In this document: positions 59,661 to 64,000 of the stretch, in pieces
Numbering within the stretch: position 1 is the stretch's first letter
Layout of the letters: each line of letters begins with the position of its first letter
Assembly (NCBI GenBank): GCA_902486425.1
Contig: CABTOK010000009.1
Location: 42,194 to 106,193, forward strand
Source: an uncultured Eubacteriales bacterium
Lineage (GTDB): Bacteria; Bacillota; Clostridia; Christensenellales; Borkfalkiaceae
Length of the DNA: 64,000 bases
Reading direction: 5' to 3'
The notes under the pieces: generated by a model
The model's input: the letters and a program-made list of their open reading frames with translations, nothing else
Database searches by the model: none
What the model was told of the DNA's origin: nothing
Program-made: the position numbers and the translations under genes

Positions 59661-60293
59661 GTGGCAAGAATAAACGTTAACCCGACGCGAATGGAGCTTA
59701 AAAAGCTTAAAGCAAGACTCAAAACGGCGGAAAGGGGTTATAAATTATTAAAGGACAAAACGGACGAAATGGTTCGCCGGTTTTCCGTAATAGTAAGAGA
59801 AAACAAAGCTTTAAGGGACGAAGCGGAAGCCGACGTCGCAAGCGTTCTCGCACAGTTTTCGGTTGCGAGAAGCTTAATGTCAGAACCGGCAATAAACCTT
59901 GCTTTTTCTATGCCGGCGGTTTCGGTGGAACTCGAATGTTCGACTTCGAACATAATGAGCGTAGAAGTTCCGAAACTCGAACTGAAAGAAACCCGTTCGG
60001 GCGATAAACTGCCCTATTCCGTAATAGACGTTACGAGCGAAGCGGATAAATCCGTCGAACTTGCGGGAAAGGTGCTTAATAAACTTATCCGTCTTGCCGA
60101 AGTCGAAAAGAGCGTATGTATGCTCGCAGACGAAATCGAAAAGGGCAAAAGAAGAGTAAACGCTCTCGAAAACGTTATGATCCCCAACTTAAAGGAAACC
60201 ATAAAGTATATTTCGATGAAACTTGAAGAAGACGACCGCAGTTCGAGAACCAGACTTATGAAGGTAAAAGAAATGCTTGCCGAAAGACAGTAA
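59661..60293 (+). CDS. ntpD: V-type ATPase subunit D
   Basis: 210 aa, MARINVNPTRMELKKLKARL. Confidence 0.9.
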   Translation: MARINVNPTRMELKKLKARLKTAERGYKLLKDKTDEMVRRFSVIVRENKALRDEAEADVASVLAQFSVARSLMSEPAINLAFSMPAVSVELECSTSNIMSVEVPKLELKETRSGDKLPYSVIDVTSEADKSVELAGKVLNKLIRLAEVEKSVCMLADEIEKGKRRVNALENVMIPNLKETIKYISMKLEEDDRSSRTRLMKVKEMLAERQ

Positions 60294-60487
60294 TTTATCT
60301 GTAGGCTGTCAAAAACGGGGCGGTTTCACACTACCTGTTTTACCGAAACGCTGCCACAATATGTTTTGTAAATCATAAACGTATCGGAAACGTTGCTAAG
60401 ACGTAAACCGCGGTAAAAACAACCGCTTAAAAGCTGATAAAAGCAACCGCCCAAAAAGCGGAAAAATAAACAATAAAAATATAAACA

Positions 60488-60512
60488 AGCCGGATTTTCA
60501 TCCGGTTTTTTA
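60488..60512 (+). terminator. ntp operon terminator
   Basis: AGCCGGATTTTCATCCGGTTTTTTATTT. Confidence 0.7.
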
Positions 60513-60616
60513 TTTAAAAATATTTTTTCGGTTTATAACTCAGACATGCTTTTGTTTACGCTTGAAAAATTTTGCATTATATGTTAATCTAAAATAAAGG
60601 GAAAAAGGACTGAAAA

Positions 60617-61699
60617 ATGGAAAACGAAAATATAAAAGAAGAATATTTTCTCGGAAGAAGCGTCGAAGTTTTTACTTATAAAGAAACGGAAGAGATTATA
60701 AAAGGAAAAGTCGTTTTAGTAACGGGCGGGGGCGGATTTATCGGCGGCGAGCTTTGCCGTCAGGTAGCCGCGTATTCGCCTGAGTCTCTCGTGATTTTAG
60801 ATATTTACGAAAACAACGCTTATTTAACAGAGCTTGATCTGAAAGAAAAGTACCCCGATATAAACATAAAAACGGTTATCGCGAGCGTGAGAGACAAGGA
60901 TAAAATAAACGAAGTTTTCAAAACTTACCGTCCGCAGATAGTATTTCATGCGGCGGCGCACAAACATGTTCCGCTTATGGAAGAAGAACCCGCCGAAGCC
61001 GTAAAAAACAACGTCTCCGGTACTTTGAACGTCGCTCTTGCCGCGAATAATTACAAAGCGGAAAAATTCGTGCTTATTTCAACCGATAAGGCGGTCAGTT
61101 CATCGAGCGTTATGGGGGCGACGAAAAGAATTGCCGAGATGATCGCCGGATATATGAACGAAAGGTCAAAAACTAATTTTTCGGCAGTCAGATTCGGCAA
61201 CGTATTCGGTTCCGGCGGCTCGGTCGTTCCTATTTTTAAAATGCAGATAGAAAGGGGCGGTCCGGTTACCGTTACCGACAAAACCGTTACGAGATATTTT
61301 ATGACGGTGAAGGAAGCAGTTTCGCTCATTCTTCATGCGGCGGCGTTTTCGGCCGGCGGAGAAATATTCATACTCGATATGGGCAGTCCCGTAAATATTT
61401 ACGATTTAGCGATAAAAATGATAAAAAGTTTCGGCTTGACGCCCGACAAAGATATAAAAATACGCGTTACCGGTTTACGTGCAGGAGAAAAATTATCGGA
61501 AGATCTTTTTGGTAAAAAAGAGACCGTAACGCCGACAAAAAACAAAAAAATAAGTTCCGTAAAAACCGAAAAGGTTGCGGACGATTTTTTACCAAAACTT
61601 AATCTGCTTATAAAAGAAGCAGAAAAAAATCCTTCACCCGACAAGGCGAAGCAAATGATTTCGGAATTTTTGCCGGAATATCGCATAACGAAAAAATAA
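60617..61699 (+). CDS. Polysaccharide biosynthesis NAD-dependent sugar 4,6-dehydratase/epimerase (CapD/PseB-like)
   Basis: 360 aa with Rossmann motif VTGGGGFIGGEL, a YxxxK region and GNVFGSGGSVVP. Confidence 0.7.
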   Translation: MENENIKEEYFLGRSVEVFTYKETEEIIKGKVVLVTGGGGFIGGELCRQVAAYSPESLVILDIYENNAYLTELDLKEKYPDINIKTVIASVRDKDKINEVFKTYRPQIVFHAAAHKHVPLMEEEPAEAVKNNVSGTLNVALAANNYKAEKFVLISTDKAVSSSSVMGATKRIAEMIAGYMNERSKTNFSAVRFGNVFGSGGSVVPIFKMQIERGGPVTVTDKTVTRYFMTVKEAVSLILHAAAFSAGGEIFILDMGSPVNIYDLAIKMIKSFGLTPDKDIKIRVTGLRAGEKLSEDLFGKKETVTPTKNKKISSVKTEKVADDFLPKLNLLIKEAEKNPSPDKAKQMISEFLPEYRITKK

Positions 61700-61787
61700 A
61701 TATAAAATAAATAAAAATTTTGCAACAAAACCATATGTTAAAGCGTTTAAGTTAACGAAGGGAACAAAAGAGTATAAAGGGATAAAA

Positions 61788-62315
61788 ATGAATAAAAGGG
61801 AAATCGACGCCGCGCTTTACAGGGTATCTTTAGGCGATAACGAAGCGTTCGGCAGACTTTACGAGGAAACTCGTCGCGGCGTATACGCGTTTTTGTTTTC
61901 GTATTTCAACAATTCGTGCGATTGCGAAGACGCCGTTCAGACGACATATCTCAAAATAAAAACGAATATTTCTCACTACCAAAAGGGGACCAACGGGCTT
62001 GCCTGGATTTTACAGATAGCGAAGAACGTTGCTCTTTCGGAACTGAGAAAGAAAAAGTCGGACGAAAAGCGGCTCGATAATTACATAGACAGCGAAGAGA
62101 CTGTTTCGGAACCGCAATACAAAGGCGAGATAATCGACCTTATGAAGCGTACTCTGGACGAAGATGAACAAAGAATAGTAATTCTGCATGCGGTGTGGGA
62201 TTATAAACATAAAGAAATCGCAGAGATGTTGAACTGTCCCACCGGAACCGTAACTTCAAAATACAAACGGGCGGTGGACAAAATGAAAAAAGCATGGAAG
62301 GAGGGAAACAGGTAA
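61788..62315 (+). CDS. ECF-type sigma-70 family RNA polymerase sigma factor
   Basis: 175 aa with region 2 (AFGRLYEETRRGVYAFLFSYF...DAVQTTYLKI) and region 4 (HKEIAEMLNCPTGTVTSKYKRAV). Confidence 0.75.
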   Translation: MNKREIDAALYRVSLGDNEAFGRLYEETRRGVYAFLFSYFNNSCDCEDAVQTTYLKIKTNISHYQKGTNGLAWILQIAKNVALSELRKKKSDEKRLDNYIDSEETVSEPQYKGEIIDLMKRTLDEDEQRIVILHAVWDYKHKEIAEMLNCPTGTVTSKYKRAVDKMKKAWKEGNR

Positions 62316-62318
62316 CGT

Positions 62319-63770
62319 ATGAAAAACTTTAAAAAACTTTTAAACGACGAATTCGAAGCCGCGTCTCCCGAGCTTTCGGAAGAAGTAAAAAACGCTCCGA
62401 TAATAACTGGCAAAGAAGCCGTTGAAATCGAAGTTGCGGCGCGTTACGGCAATACCGTTGCCGCCGAAAGTAAACGCAAGCTGTATATAGGAGCGGCGTT
62501 TATCGCAGTGCTTATCGCTCTTGTTTTCGCCGTTCTCGCGGCGACGGGAATATTCAAAAACGGCGGCGTTACGATAAAGACCGACTACGTTTTCGCTTAT
62601 GAAATAAACCCCGCCGTGGCTTTCGTTACGGACGAGAACGGGGTTGTAAAAAACGTTTCGTCGTTAAATAAAGACGCGGACGTCGTTCTTTCGGATGAAG
62701 AAACGGCAAATAAAATTAAAAACGTTCCGCTCGAAACCGCAGTGGTAACTTATACCAAAGCGGTAGCAAAACTCGGCTATCTCGATATTAAAAAGTCCGA
62801 AACGAAGGAATCGCTTTCGGCGGTAAGAATTTCGTTTGCGGAAAGCGCGGATAAAATTATTTCGTCGGTGAAATCTTCGCTCGAAGGATTTTTTAAGTCT
62901 CACGGCATTTTTTCGGCAGTGGTAGACGATAAAGTGGACGTAAAAGAATTATGTTCGAGAGTTAACGTCGAATACGACGAGGAGGGCGGATTAAAAGCTC
63001 TTTCAAATACTCTCGAAACCGAGAATAACACTTATTACGGCAAAGTAAACAAAAACGCTACCGAAGCCGAAATAAAAGATCTGTACGAAAGCGAAATTGT
63101 CGGAAGCGACATTCTCGATATCGTGCGGGGCGGACTTATCGAAAATCTTAACAAGATAAAAAAGAACGCCGAAATGATTAAAAACATTTACGATCTTAAT
63201 AACGAGATAACGGATCACCCCGATAACCCTAAGAGATTCGGCAAATTGGCGGCAGACTTCTGGACTCTTAAAAAATGGTACGGACTCGACTATGATTACT
63301 CCGAAAATTTTTCGGCTCTTATGATTAAAACCAATCTCGCCGTCGAAGAATATAAGGAATATTTTAATAAAGAACTTAAATCTTCCGACGATCTCGAAGA
63401 AGCCGGAAACGTATATAAGAATTTAGGCGACGTTTTCGGAACAGGTATAGAAGCGATATTGAAAAATTTCACTTCGGAAGATTTTATAGTTTCGCCGGAT
63501 AAATTTATTTCGCTGCTTAAACTTATCGGAATAGACGTAACCGGTATCGAAAATATTATAAATTCCGTTCCGACTACCGTCGAAAAGTATATTGCCGAAA
63601 TGAAGTCCGCCGTCTCTATGTTAAAGACCGCAAGATACGAAAAGTTTTCGGCTGTTTACGAAGAAGCAAGAAGCGAAATCACATCCGCCGATTACGACGA
63701 ATATATAAATAGTATAATAAGAACTTACGGATCGCTTGCAAACTTCTGGACAGATACGCATAAGGCGTAA
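62319..63770 (+). CDS. Putative anti-sigma factor: short cytoplasmic N-terminus, single TM, large extracytoplasmic domain
   Basis: 483 aa immediately downstream of the ECF sigma, 3-bp gap. TM helix LYIGAAFIAVLIALVFAVLAATGIF at about aa 55-80. Confidence 0.5.
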   Translation: MKNFKKLLNDEFEAASPELSEEVKNAPIITGKEAVEIEVAARYGNTVAAESKRKLYIGAAFIAVLIALVFAVLAATGIFKNGGVTIKTDYVFAYEINPAVAFVTDENGVVKNVSSLNKDADVVLSDEETANKIKNVPLETAVVTYTKAVAKLGYLDIKKSETKESLSAVRISFAESADKIISSVKSSLEGFFKSHGIFSAVVDDKVDVKELCSRVNVEYDEEGGLKALSNTLETENNTYYGKVNKNATEAEIKDLYESEIVGSDILDIVRGGLIENLNKIKKNAEMIKNIYDLNNEITDHPDNPKRFGKLAADFWTLKKWYGLDYDYSENFSALMIKTNLAVEEYKEYFNKELKSSDDLEEAGNVYKNLGDVFGTGIEAILKNFTSEDFIVSPDKFISLLKLIGIDVTGIENIINSVPTTVEKYIAEMKSAVSMLKTARYEKFSAVYEEARSEITSADYDEYINSIIRTYGSLANFWTDTHKA

Positions 63771-64000
63771 GGACAGCGGTTATCAGACCTGTTCCGCCGA
63801 AAGTTTACCAAATAAATTTATCGCGCGACAGTTATAATAGTTATAAAAAGCTCATAATCCTTTAATCAGATAATCAAAATAAAAAAGTTCCGGAGTAATT
63901 CGGGGCTTTTTTATTTCCCGATATGTTTTTTATTTATAGCCTATAGTTTATATTTTTATTTTTAAAAGAAAGAGAAAGGCTTTTAATTTTTTATTACATT

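Noticed and set aside
51705-60293. V-type ATPase operon as a horizontally acquired novelty
   Set aside because: Gene order F-I-K-E-C-G-A-B-D is the standard Enterococcus/Clostridia ntp arrangement and composition matches the flanks. It is ordinary core content.

Overview
The window is a 64-kb low-GC Firmicutes (Clostridia-like) chromosomal segment, coding density about 85%, mostly core housekeeping genes. A sporulation-type pro-sigma factor (sigK-like), HAD phosphatase, Ca2+ P-type ATPase, ytxC-like, thrS, murB, PHP phosphoesterase, whiA, dnaE, ATP-PFK and PPi-type PFK occupy the first 19 kb. Further on lie htpG with a CIRCE operator, a MATE exporter, a flavodiiron protein, murC, spoVG, upp, a complete 9-gene V-type ATPase (ntp) operon, a CapD-like sugar dehydratase and an ECF sigma/anti-sigma pair.

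Four accessory or unusual stretches stand out.

1. A 2-kb gene-free, very AT-rich island (19.2-21.2 kb) holds an array of nine 17-21 nt direct repeats with the core TACCTCCTT, which reads as the Shine-Dalgarno sequence AAGGAGGTA on the minus strand. The array is transcribed from a textbook-perfect extended-minus-10 sigma-70 promoter. A second perfect promoter sits 44 bp away back to back and drives a roughly 95-nt terminated small RNA candidate.

2. A giant 2460-aa cysteine-rich lipoprotein (23808-31190) has five tandem ~115-aa Cys modules and a C-terminal third packed with CxxC motifs. An 11-G homopolymer sits inside the minus-35/minus-10 spacer of its proximal promoter, the classic phase-variation layout.

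3. A roughly 30% GC island (31.3-32.9 kb) carries an orphan zinc-ribbon tail-anchored protein.

4. A gene-decay zone (41.0-42.5 kb) holds an AraC C-terminal fragment, a frameshifted paralogous fragment of the giant protein's Cys module, and a 5-prime-truncated six-hairpin glycoside hydrolase fused up against an intact GH125 alpha-1,6-mannosidase. Next to it is an orphan mazF/ndoA toxin with no cognate antitoxin.

No rRNA, tRNA, CRISPR array, integrase or transposase was recognised.
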